From positions 384,001 through 448,000 of the forward strand of contig CAXXRD010000001.1 in the NCBI GenBank assembly GCA_963663895.2: 64,000 nucleotides of DNA, given 5' to 3'. A program made the position numbers and the translations under genes. This DNA is from Dehalococcoidia bacterium. Its GTDB lineage: Bacteria; Chloroflexota; Dehalococcoidia; Bin125. The notes under the pieces are model-generated. The model saw only the letters and a program-made list of their open reading frames with translations, did no database searches and was not told the origin of the DNA. This document shows positions 29,397-38,845 of the stretch, in pieces. Position 1 is the stretch's first letter. The number at the start of each line of letters is the position of its first letter.

Positions 29397-30830
29397 TCAG
29401 TCCTCCAACACCCAAAGATCTTTGCCACCCCCGCCCTGACTGGAGTTCACCACGAGACTGCCCCGGCGCAGGGCGACACGGCAGAACGCTCCGGGCACGA
29501 GGCGAGGCTCGCGTCCGTAAAGTACGAAGGGGCGCAGATCCACATGACGCGGCTCGAACCGCCCCTCGATCAGGCAGGGGGCACGGGAGAGGGCGAGCAC
29601 GGGTTGCGAGACGAAGTCGGCCGGATTAGCGCGCACCTGTGCAGCGTACGCTTCACGCTCCTCGGGCGTCGCATGCGGGCCGACCAGCATGCCGTAGCCT
29701 CCGGACTCCCCCACACGCTTGACGACTAAGTTCTCCAAGTTATCGAGCGTATACTCAAGATCTTCGGGGCGCCGGCAGAGGTACGTCTCGACGTTCGCCA
29801 GCAGCGGCTCTTCGCTCAAGTAGTAGCGAATCATGTCGGGCACATAGGCATAGACGCTCTTATCGTCCGCGACTCCCGTGCCAGGCGCGTTCACCAGGGA
29901 GACGTTTCCTCGCTTATAGGCGTGCAGCAGCCCTGGCACACCGAGCAGAGAATCCGGCCGGAAAACCAACGGATCAAGGAAATCGTCGTCCACGCGCCGG
30001 TAGATCACGTCGACGCGCCGCAGGCCGGTGGTTGTGCGCATATAGACGAAGCCGTCGTTGACCAGCAGATCGCGGCCCTCCACGAGCTCCGCGCCGATCT
30101 CGCGGGCCAGGAACATATGCTCGTAGAAGGCGGAGTTGTAGACCCCGGGCGTCAGCAGTGCGATGCCCGGATCGGACTGCCCGTGCGGCGCCAGATCCCG
30201 CAGGGTCGCCAGCAGCATGCGCCCGTAGTGTTCGACATCCCGCACGCGTGAGCTTCGATACAGCCGACGCATCCTCGTCTTGACCGCCTTCCGGTTCGCG
30301 AGCATGTAGGAGACGCCCGAAGGAACCCGCAGGTTGTCCTCAAGAACCTGGAAGCCGTCGTTGGTGCGCACGAGATCGGTGCCGCAAATAGCGACCCAGA
30401 CCCCCTGAGGAGCGGAGACGCCGCGCATCTCGACGCGATACTGGGGACACCCGCGCACTACCTCCACCGGAATCACGCCCTCAGTGATAAGGCGGGCCTC
30501 GCCGTAGATATCCTCCAGGAAGCGGTTCAGGGCTTTGAGGCGCTGAATCAAGCCGCTTTCGAGAAGCCGCCATTCCGCACCCGAGAGCACGCGGGGCACG
30601 CAGTCGATAGGGATGATGCGCTCGTCCGCCTCGTCGTCTCCATAGACGGTGAAGGTGATGCCTTCATTCGAAAACGAGCGCGTCACCCGTTCCTGAACGC
30701 TCTCCAACTCCCCAGGGGAGAGCCGTGTCAGCGCTTCGTAGAGTCCGCGGCAATGCTCCCGCGGCCTGCCGTCCGGCAGGAACATCTCATCGTAGATGTC
30801 GGCATCAAGGGCGTAGCTGTCGAAATCCAT
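29397..30830 (-). CDS. Circularly permuted type 2 ATP-grasp protein
   Basis: LEDNLRVPSGVSY, NSAFYEH, VIYRRVDDDFLDP, HVDLRPF, VVNSSQGGGGKD. Confidence 0.93.
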   Translation of the reverse strand: MDFDSYALDADIYDEMFLPDGRPREHCRGLYEALTRLSPGELESVQERVTRSFSNEGITFTVYGDDEADERIIPIDCVPRVLSGAEWRLLESGLIQRLKALNRFLEDIYGEARLITEGVIPVEVVRGCPQYRVEMRGVSAPQGVWVAICGTDLVRTNDGFQVLEDNLRVPSGVSYMLANRKAVKTRMRRLYRSSRVRDVEHYGRMLLATLRDLAPHGQSDPGIALLTPGVYNSAFYEHMFLAREIGAELVEGRDLLVNDGFVYMRTTTGLRRVDVIYRRVDDDFLDPLVFRPDSLLGVPGLLHAYKRGNVSLVNAPGTGVADDKSVYAYVPDMIRYYLSEEPLLANVETYLCRRPEDLEYTLDNLENLVVKRVGESGGYGMLVGPHATPEEREAYAAQVRANPADFVSQPVLALSRAPCLIEGRFEPRHVDLRPFVLYGREPRLVPGAFCRVALRRGSLVVNSSQGGGGKDLWVLED

Positions 30831-31010
30831 GGCAACGACCCCCGGTTACCCTAAGGCATCCCCGTCCACAACGCGCTGCGAAGCACGTGCAAGCCAAGCA
30901 ACGAGCGAGCATTCGCTCCGGCAGCGCTGCATTACACAACCCGCTGCGCATTCGGCCGCCAGGCACGCGCCGGCACTGTAGAGACCTTGCCCAAACCACG
31001 CCTCCGATCG

Positions 31011-33239
31011 CTAGCTCGCGAGAGAGCCGGCGGCGCCCTCCCTGTCTGCCTCGGCTATAACCGGGGACTCCTCCTCAGCGTCGCCTTCCTCCGGCGCCGA
31101 GGGAGGCACCAAGGGCAACTCAATCAGCATTTCCGTGAACTGGCCGGGCTCGGACTCGACCCGAATAGCGCCGCCGTGCTGACGGATGATGTCACTCGAT
31201 AGCGCCAGGCCCAAACCGGTGCCCTGATCGGTGGGCTTGGTCGTGAAGAACGGGTTGAAAATCTTCTCGATAACGTCGGGCGGGATCCCTCCTCCGTTGT
31301 CCTTGATACTGATCTCGACCTGGTCTTCTCCCCGCCGGGTGCTGAGCCACAGCGTCGGAGCGTAGGGCTCGGCACCTTCCCCTGCTTCCGCAGCGGCACG
31401 CCGCTTCTCATCGGTCGCATCACAGGCGTTTCCCACCATGTTCAGGAAGACGCGGCCCAAGTCCTGCGGAATAACTTCGAGCTCGCCCACGTCAGGGTCG
31501 AGATCGTGCTGTATATCGAGCTGGAAATTCGAATCGGTCGCCCGCGCGCTGTGGTAGGCGAGCCGGGCATGCTCATCCAGCAGACGGTTGATATCGGCCG
31601 GGCGCCGCTCGCCCGATCCTCTCCCCATGGCGAGCATGTCTTGAACGATCCGGTTGGCGCGTTCGCCGTGTGAGCGGATCCGCTCGAGATTGTCCGTGAG
31701 ATCGCCGGAGATCTCCTGGATGAGCGACCGCTGGTCCTCGGTCAAATTCTCACTGCTCTCCTCAAGGGTCTCGGCGAGCTCCGTAAGCAACTCTGCCGAG
31801 GCCTCGGAGAAGTTCTTGACAAAGTTCAGCGGGTTCTTGATCTCATGCGCCACACCCGCAGTGAGCTCACCGAGCGCCGCCAGCTTCTCGCGCGTGACGA
31901 TCTGATCTTGCGCCCGGCGCAGGTCGGCCAGCACTCGCTCCAGCTCCGCGTTCTTTCCTTGCACCTCTTCCGCCAGCTTCTCCACCAAGTTCAGACGCTG
32001 GACCTCCAAAGCGTGCCGGCGGAACACCTCCAGAGCCGCAGCCATGTCGGCGACCTCGTCGCGGCCTTTGATCTCGACCCTGGACTCCAGGTCACCGCCG
32101 GCCATGCGAAGCATCCAACCCGACAGCAGCTCCAGACGGCGTAACAGCACCCGGCCCACGTAGAGCCAAGCGATAAGGAAGGCGCCGCCGATGCTGATCG
32201 CGCTGATCGCGAGGAGCAAGGTGCGACCGGTCAGGATGGCCTGCGAGGAAGCCCGGGTCGCTTCCTGCACGGCGACGTTGGCCGTGCCCACCAAGCCGTC
32301 GACTTCGGCGACGAGGTCGACGGCGAGGTCCCGGTTGCGCGCGAGCAGCTCCACCTGCTGAGCGCCGAGCCGGAGCTCCCGGTCGAACAGATTGAAGCCG
32401 CTCTGCTCCCCGGTTCCCAACTCAAACAGCTGCGCGAAAATCGAAGCGACCTCGGCGCGGAAGGGAGATTCTTCGAGAGCCGCCAAACTCCCTTCGATGC
32501 GGCCGGCGGCGGCCTCGAAGCGCTCCCGCAGCGGCTCAATAAACGAGGCGTCCGACAAGCTGAACGCACTCGCCAACAGCTGTGTGGCGATGTTGGCGTC
32601 CGCCTGCAACGCCGCTAAGGAGTTATAGCGGCCGAACTCGAACGCCGTGAAATGCTCTAGGCGATCCGCAGGAGGGTCGCCAAGCTCACGATAGCCCGTG
32701 ATCGTGTAGAAAAGCTGGTCATCGATCTCGGGGAGCAGGATCTCGTCGAGACGAACGCGCAACTCCGTCAGCTCCACCTGCAACACTTCTCGGCGGTCAG
32801 TCAATGCAAAGACCTCGGACATCTCGCCCTTGATCGCCTCAATGTTGAGGAGCAGTGTGTCGGCACGGCTGCGGATGCGCTCGAAGCGCTCGTCGTCTGC
32901 ATCTCGCTGCTCCAAGACCGCCAACTCTTCTTCGAAGGCCGCATGCGCGTCGGCGATCTCGTCGGAGGCGAAGGTAAAGTCCTCAGGCGTTGTCGCAGCC
33001 GTAAGACGCGGAGCAGCCGCGACCAAGGCGCTGCTATACCGTGCTACCCCGAACGCGGCCACCACCTCGGGGACGCGACCTTCATTGACATCACTTTGGG
33101 CATTGGCCACGCGATCGAACGAGAACCAGCCGACGAGACTCGCCGCCACGGTGAGCATGACGGCTCCCCCGATTCCGATGTAGAGCTGGGTGGAGATACG
33201 GGAACGGCGGGCAAGTAAGCGCTGCAGTCGCTCAATCAC
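31011..33239 (-). CDS. Membrane sensor histidine kinase (TorS-like extracellular domain, HAMP, HisKA, HATPase)
   Basis: Two TM segments; GRDEVADM HAMP; AHEIKNPL H-box; DNGGGI, PFFTTK, GTGLGL. Confidence 0.92.
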   Translation of the reverse strand: MIERLQRLLARRSRISTQLYIGIGGAVMLTVAASLVGWFSFDRVANAQSDVNEGRVPEVVAAFGVARYSSALVAAAPRLTAATTPEDFTFASDEIADAHAAFEEELAVLEQRDADDERFERIRSRADTLLLNIEAIKGEMSEVFALTDRREVLQVELTELRVRLDEILLPEIDDQLFYTITGYRELGDPPADRLEHFTAFEFGRYNSLAALQADANIATQLLASAFSLSDASFIEPLRERFEAAAGRIEGSLAALEESPFRAEVASIFAQLFELGTGEQSGFNLFDRELRLGAQQVELLARNRDLAVDLVAEVDGLVGTANVAVQEATRASSQAILTGRTLLLAISAISIGGAFLIAWLYVGRVLLRRLELLSGWMLRMAGGDLESRVEIKGRDEVADMAAALEVFRRHALEVQRLNLVEKLAEEVQGKNAELERVLADLRRAQDQIVTREKLAALGELTAGVAHEIKNPLNFVKNFSEASAELLTELAETLEESSENLTEDQRSLIQEISGDLTDNLERIRSHGERANRIVQDMLAMGRGSGERRPADINRLLDEHARLAYHSARATDSNFQLDIQHDLDPDVGELEVIPQDLGRVFLNMVGNACDATDEKRRAAAEAGEGAEPYAPTLWLSTRRGEDQVEISIKDNGGGIPPDVIEKIFNPFFTTKPTDQGTGLGLALSSDIIRQHGGAIRVESEPGQFTEMLIELPLVPPSAPEEGDAEEESPVIAEADREGAAGSLAS

Positions 33240-34549
33240 GGCTGCGCTTCCTGCAGTGTGTCAATAGGACGGTACCGGCCGTCTTGTCCGATCACCGTCA
33301 GAAAGACCGCGTCCGACCCTTGGTTGTCATCTTCCCCGTAGCGGAGTTCGAACCCGTCGATATCGACCGCGTCCGCACGGCGCAGGCTGTCGAGAAAGCA
33401 GGTCCGGTCGACCTCCGGACCGCAGCCCTCAATGCCGGCGATCGCCAGGCGACCAGCCAGGTAGCCCTCAAGAGAGACAAAACCAGGAGTGACATCGGGA
33501 GCGTAAGCAGCCAAAGCGCGAAGGTAAGCGGCGACGGCGGGAATAGAGTCGTCACTGGGGAAGGGCACCACTTGCGTGACGAAGACCCCAGCCCCGGCTG
33601 GGCCGAGCTCGTCCGCCAAGGCATTGCTGCCCACGAAGGAAACGGTCATGAAGATGGGATCCAGGCCTATGTGTCGCGACCAAGCGATCAGCGCGGCGAC
33701 CGGTTGATAGGCCCCGATCAGGATCACTGCCTGGGGCGCCCCCCGGCGTAGATCGAGCAATCCCCGCTTCACAACCGTCGTATTGCGCGGGTACACCCCG
33801 ATCGCCACCGGCTCCATATCGCGCCGATCGAGCGCGCTCCGAACGCCGCGATAGCCGGCACGCCCGAAGGAATCGTCCTGGTACATCACAGCGATGCGAT
33901 CAAACCCCAGATCCTCGGTCAAGCGAGCGACCATCTCCTCGGTCTCTTGGTAGTAGGAAGCGCGGAGGTTGATCACGTTTCGCAACGTCGCAGCGCGCAG
34001 GAATTCCGCCCCGGTGAACGGAGCGACGTAGGGAATACCTACCTCTGCCGCCACGGGAACCGCGGATCGCGATGTCGGCGTGCCAACGGCGCCGATCAGC
34101 GCGAAGGCCTCTTCCTCCCCAGCCAGCGCGAGCGTGTTGGCGACGGCGGCTTCGGGTTCGTAGGAGTCATCGAAAGACAACAGATCCAGCTGCCGACCGT
34201 GCACGCCACCTTGTTGGTTTACCTCGTGGAAGGCAGCCTCGATCCCGAGTCGCATGTTCCTGCCGAGCTCTTGGGCGGGGCCGCTGAAGGCAGCAGACTG
34301 GCCGAAGAGAACACGGTCATCCGAGACGCCGGGCGCCTGCGTAGAGGTCCCTGGCTCAGGACTCGAGGCATCCAGCTGCTCCTCCTCAGAAGAGGACGTA
34401 GCCGCAGCTTCGCTTACGAGACTCGGAACATCACCGACATCGGTAGACCAAAACCAGCCAGACAGCCCCCCCACGATGGCGAGGACAACGGCTCCCACGA
34501 CCCCCAACACCAACAGAAAATCCGTCAAACGGTAGGGGAGATGCTTCAT
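33236..34549 (-). CDS. Membrane-anchored solute-binding protein, Leu/Ile/Val-binding (type 1) family
   Basis: FGQSAAFSGPA, VNQQGGVHGR, DDSYEP, VGTPT, NLRASY. Confidence 0.88.
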   Translation of the reverse strand: MKHLPYRLTDFLLVLGVVGAVVLAIVGGLSGWFWSTDVGDVPSLVSEAAATSSSEEEQLDASSPEPGTSTQAPGVSDDRVLFGQSAAFSGPAQELGRNMRLGIEAAFHEVNQQGGVHGRQLDLLSFDDSYEPEAAVANTLALAGEEEAFALIGAVGTPTSRSAVPVAAEVGIPYVAPFTGAEFLRAATLRNVINLRASYYQETEEMVARLTEDLGFDRIAVMYQDDSFGRAGYRGVRSALDRRDMEPVAIGVYPRNTTVVKRGLLDLRRGAPQAVILIGAYQPVAALIAWSRHIGLDPIFMTVSFVGSNALADELGPAGAGVFVTQVVPFPSDDSIPAVAAYLRALAAYAPDVTPGFVSLEGYLAGRLAIAGIEGCGPEVDRTCFLDSLRRADAVDIDGFELRYGEDDNQGSDAVFLTVIGQDGRYRPIDTLQEAQP

Positions 34550-34965
34550 TCCATCTTACGTGTGGCCAGGGTCAGATGGTTTCTGCCCTGCTCCCGACGA
34601 TAATGCAACTCGTCCATCAGCTCGCGCACCAAATGGACGCCAAGCCCGCCTATGGGGCGATCTTCGATCGACCCTTCCAGAACAGGCGGAGGGGTGTCAC
34701 TCAGCGGGTCAAAAGGGCGACCGTCGTCGATGATCTCGATGGTGAGGGTATCCGGCTCCGAGGTCAGGACGATCTCGAACTCATGGATTCCGTCATCGTA
34801 GCCGTAGTCCATGACGTTGAGCCCCAATTCCTCAAGGACCAAGTTCACCCGGAAGATGAGCGCCGGAGACCAACTCTCCTGCTCCCCGAAGTCTTCGACG
34901 GCGGCGGTGATGCGATCCAACTCGTCGTGGCGGGTTTCGACCTTTAGAGACAGCGTCGCGCTCAA
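34546..34965 (-). CDS. RsbW-like anti-sigma factor/serine kinase
   Basis: LVLEELGLNVMDYG, DDGRPFDP, GGLGVHLVRELMD. Confidence 0.9.
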   Translation of the reverse strand: MSATLSLKVETRHDELDRITAAVEDFGEQESWSPALIFRVNLVLEELGLNVMDYGYDDGIHEFEIVLTSEPDTLTIEIIDDGRPFDPLSDTPPPVLEGSIEDRPIGGLGVHLVRELMDELHYRREQGRNHLTLATRKME

Positions 34966-36128
34966 GGTTCGGACTCACGGCGCCAGAGCGTCACGCAGGT
35001 AATGTCATCGGACTGCGGCATGTCACCCGCGAAGGCGTGCACAGCCTCGAAAATCGCCGAGTTCGCTTCTTCCCAATTCGAAGGGGGAGATACCGCGAAG
35101 ATCGCGCGCAGACCTTCCGTCCCAAACTCGTCGTTCTCAATATTCATGGCTTCGGTGACGCCGTCGGTGTAGAAGACGACGGCGTCCCCCGGTGCCAGGG
35201 TCACGCTATCTTGCCCGTATTTGAGGTCGGGTACCAGCCCGAGGGCGATCCCATCGGTCAGAGGGAGCAGCGTCGAGCTTCCGTCGGCGTGGACGAGGAG
35301 TGGAGGATTGTGCCCACCGTTCGCGTAGTGGAGCTCGCCGCTCGCCGGATCGTATTCCGCGTAGAGAACGGTCACGAACATGGAGGCCTCGTTGTCCTCG
35401 TGCAGCAGGTCGTTGACTTCACGAAGCACCGCGCCGGGATCACTGTTTCCGATGGCCGCGCCTTTCAGCAGGGTGCGGGTAGACATCATGAAGAGAGCAG
35501 CGGGCACGCCCTTGTCCGAGACATCCGCGACGGCGAGGCCGATGCGCCCGTTCTCCAAACTCATGACGTCAAAGAAATCGCCTCCCACGCTGCGAGCGGG
35601 CTCCATGCTGCCAACGATCTGGTAGCTGGGACCCTTGGGAAACTCCGCGGGGAGAATGGACTGCTGCATCTTGCTTGCGACATCGAGTTCGTTCTGCAAG
35701 GCGACGAGCTTGTCACGCGATGCGAGCGCCTCGCGCCACTCGGCCAGGTGGCGCAGCGTCCGGTCGATCGTGACTTTCAGGTCCTCGAAGTCGACCGGCT
35801 TGGTGACAAAATCGAATGCGCCCCGATTCATCGCCGTGCGGATGTTCTTCATATCGCCGTAGGCCGAAATGATCACGGATCGGATATCGGGATCGACTTG
35901 GGGAATCTGCTCGAGCAGCGTCAGCCCATCCATCTGCGGCATGTTGATGTCCGAGAGGACCATGTCGATGCCCGGGTCCTCCCGCAGCCGCTCCAGTGCT
36001 TCTACCCCGTTATGGGCAAAGAGGAACTCATAGCGGCCAGCCCGAATGTGGCGTCGCATCCGCTGCAACATGAGCGGCTCAAGGTCCGGCTCGTCGTCAA
36101 CTACGAGGATCTTGGCTGGCCTCGGCAT
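34962..36128 (-). CDS. Response regulator receiver fused to PP2C/SpoIIE phosphatase (RsbU-like)
   Basis: ILVVDDE, SDINMPQMDG; VGGDFFD, DVSDKG, NGGHNPP, YTDGVTEA, DDIT. Confidence 0.92.
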   Translation of the reverse strand: MPRPAKILVVDDEPDLEPLMLQRMRRHIRAGRYEFLFAHNGVEALERLREDPGIDMVLSDINMPQMDGLTLLEQIPQVDPDIRSVIISAYGDMKNIRTAMNRGAFDFVTKPVDFEDLKVTIDRTLRHLAEWREALASRDKLVALQNELDVASKMQQSILPAEFPKGPSYQIVGSMEPARSVGGDFFDVMSLENGRIGLAVADVSDKGVPAALFMMSTRTLLKGAAIGNSDPGAVLREVNDLLHEDNEASMFVTVLYAEYDPASGELHYANGGHNPPLLVHADGSSTLLPLTDGIALGLVPDLKYGQDSVTLAPGDAVVFYTDGVTEAMNIENDEFGTEGLRAIFAVSPPSNWEEANSAIFEAVHAFAGDMPQSDDITCVTLWRRESEP

Positions 36129-36215
36129 GGCTCCTCATTCCCGACACTTCCGCACTAGCCCGCATCTCGCTCCAACGAAGCGACCCCGGCCCTGCATCTT
36201 TGCGCATCGGATCGA

Positions 36216-36554
36216 TCAGCTTTTGAGTGCGGTCAGTGCCTCGGTTTGTGAAGGGTGAATCGGGATAATCTTGTCAAAGCCACTGACTTCGAAGATCTCC
36301 CGTATCGGATCCGAGAGAGAGCAAACCGCAAGCTTCGCGTCCTGTTTTCCGAGCGTCTTCGCGGTGAGCAGAATGACGCGAAGGCCCGCGCTGCTGATGT
36401 AGGAGAGTTGCTCGAGATCGAGAAGGAGAGCACGATCGCCCGCATCGATCGCAGCCTCCAAGGCATCCTGAAATTCACGGGCGTTAGCACCGTCGACGCG
36501 GCTCTGAGCCTTTGCGATAAGGGTTCCCTCTTCCCGCCTGGTCTCAAGCTCCAT
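36216..36554 (-). CDS. STAS anti-anti-sigma factor (RsbV-like)
   Basis: LDLEQLSYISSAGLRV, FEVSGF; GAGGAG RBS. Confidence 0.92.
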   Translation of the reverse strand: MELETRREEGTLIAKAQSRVDGANAREFQDALEAAIDAGDRALLLDLEQLSYISSAGLRVILLTAKTLGKQDAKLAVCSLSDPIREIFEVSGFDKIIPIHPSQTEALTALKS

Positions 36555-36743
36555 TATGTCATTCTCCTCAACATCGCAGCATCACGCGCAGCTGGCCGTG
36601 TTACCTGAATCGTGACCGTTCCTCTCCATCGCGATACCGCCGCCTTGTTCAGCACGAGCCAACTCTTGTGGCCGACAGTCCGCTCTAGAAGCACTACTCA
36701 AGCCTGCCCCATGATAGGCCGAGCAAATTCGGAAAAGCTACGG

Positions 36744-37058
36744 CTAGGCCTCTCCAGTCTCCTCGGACAGTACACCAGAAACCCAGCTATGGGGGCGATC
36801 GGCTTGACCGGTGGTGCTCACCTCACGGATCGTCGCGACGACTTGCGCGACCAGATCGTCTGTAACGACCGACTCGATCTTCACCATGGGCATGAACGCC
36901 ACCTGATATTGGGCGCCCCGGTGGATCTCAGCATGATCCCCCTCCGGACCGAACCCTTTCACTTCGGTGGCGGTCAGATCGCTGATCCCGATCTCCATCA
37001 AGGCAGCATGCACCGGCTCGAGCCGGTCCGGTCGAATCCTTGCCGTGACTAGTTTCAT
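36744..37058 (-). CDS. glnK: P-II family nitrogen regulator, degenerate (possible pseudogene)
   Basis: TEVKGFG, RGAQY, VKIE retained; RQKG, GDGK and RIR motifs lost; lies downstream of amt. Confidence 0.7.
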   Translation of the reverse strand: MKLVTARIRPDRLEPVHAALMEIGISDLTATEVKGFGPEGDHAEIHRGAQYQVAFMPMVKIESVVTDDLVAQVVATIREVSTTGQADRPHSWVSGVLSEETGEA

Positions 37059-37079
37059 CGCGTCCGATCTCTTCGTTCC

Positions 37080-38302
37080 CTACAGGTCATAACCCCGCTC
37101 TCCGTGCGTGGTGAGATCCAAGCCTACCAACTCCGCTTCCTCGTCAACGCGCAAACCGCCGGTGAGAACGGCTGTGACCTTTAGGATCAGGAAGGTGAAT
37201 CCGGCCGACCAAGCCACGGCCGCGACCACGCCGATCGCCTGCACGCCTAGCTGCGATCTAACCGTGCCGCTCTCGACCAGCACCCCTCCGCCATCAAGGG
37301 CGTGTATCGCCAAAACGGCGACCAGCAGCGTGCCGAAGATCCCGCCGACCCCATGCACGGCGAACACGTCGAGCGAGTCGTCGATCTTCAACTTCTTCTT
37401 CACCACATCAACAGCGAAGAAACAGACCGCGCCTGCCGCCGCGCCGAGGATCAAGCCACCCACCGGACCGACGAAGCCGGAAGTGGGGGTCACCGTGGCG
37501 AGGCCGGCGATCACGCCGGTCACGGCGCCCACCAGCGAGGGCTTGCCGAACTTGATCCACTCGATCGCCGACCAGACCACGGCGGCGCTGGCAGCGGCGA
37601 TGTGCGTCACGGCGATGGCCATGCCGGCCCCACCGTCGGCCGCCAACTGACCGCCCCCATTGAAACCGAACCAGCCAAGAGCATCCCCGCGCCCATCGCC
37701 GTCAGGCCGGGATTATGCGGCGGCTGGATCTGGTCGGGAAAGCCGCTCCGTCTCCCCAGAAAAGCGGCGGTGACCAGAGCCGCCACACCAGCGCTCGTGT
37801 GGACGACGATGCCGCCCGCGAAGTCCATCACGCCGAGGTCGCCCAGCCAGCCGCCGCCCCAGACCCAATGTGCTATCGGTGCGTAGACGAGCAGTACTCA
37901 GGCGCTGCTCAGAATCACCACGCCCGAGAACTTGATGCGCTCCACATAGGCGCCCACGATCAGCGCCGGGGTAATGATGACAAACGTCATCTGGAAGATG
38001 GCGAAGACGATCTCCGGAATGGAGCCGCTCATTTTGTCCGCCGTGATGCCGGAGAAGAAGACTTTCCCTACCCCGCCGATCATGCCGCCCACGCTATCGT
38101 CGAAAGCCAGGCTGTAGCCCACGAACAACCACAGGAGACTTGCCAGCGCGGCAATGGAAACGCAGTGCATCACCACGGACAGCACCGAGTTGGATCGCAC
38201 GAGCCCGGCATAGAACATCGCCAAGCCCGGCAAGGTCATAAAGAAGACCAACGCCGTCGCAACAAGAATCCAGGCAGTATCGCCAGAATTCACCAGCGGC
38301 AC
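37080..38302 (-). pseudogene. amt: Ammonium transporter with an in-frame stop (TGA 37900-37898) and a frameshift near 37677
   Basis: FQMTF, YAPIAHWVW, DFAGGIVVH, PHN, GWFGFNG, DDSLDVFAVHG spread over two frames. Confidence 0.88.
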
Positions 38303-38845
38303 CCCTCCGCATCTCTAGAGCCAGCCTGCGCGCCTTGCGCGGCACGCCCCCAGCCCCCTCCCCCACTCCAACTGGATTAGGGAGAGGGGAGAGGATACAG
38401 CAGCGGAAAGCAGTTTCGAAAAGCGGTTACCTCATATTGGATATTGGCGGCGAAGACCCCGGCGCAGATCACCCAAGCCCCGCTCGACAGCGCGGCCGCT
38501 CCGATCAAAGTCGAGCCGGTGCGAGTCGGCAGCCCGACCCCAATGCTGCGCTAGCGCTCCCGTCGTGAGCACCGGTGTCCGCTGTGCCTATCGCAGCGGC
38601 CAACGCAGAGATCCGATCCGGAGATCTCCCGCCCGGGACCTCGGCAGACTCTTCAGAGAGGGATCGAGATCGGCGTGGTACCTTCCTCGCGCGCGATCAC
38701 AGTCATAGGAAGTCCGCCAGTGGATGCGACCGGTTCGGTCGAGAGGGCCTTCGGTCCAGCGGCGAAGCGTTCAGGCGGCCGTGTCCGTACCACCGATTCC
38801 GGCCTGTGCGATGAACCGCAAGCCATCCTGAAAGCGAGCGTACAG

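Noticed and set aside
30846-30872. SigB/SigF-like promoter (GTTG-N17-GGGTAA, minus strand) upstream of the ATP-grasp gene
   Set aside because: Weak match. Similar GGTAAC words upstream of the STAS gene and amt lack a matching -35 element, so chance cannot be excluded.
37898-37900. Selenocysteine or TGA=Trp recoding in amt
   Set aside because: The position corresponds to Trp, not Cys; the gene also has a frameshift; many genes here use TGA as a normal stop.
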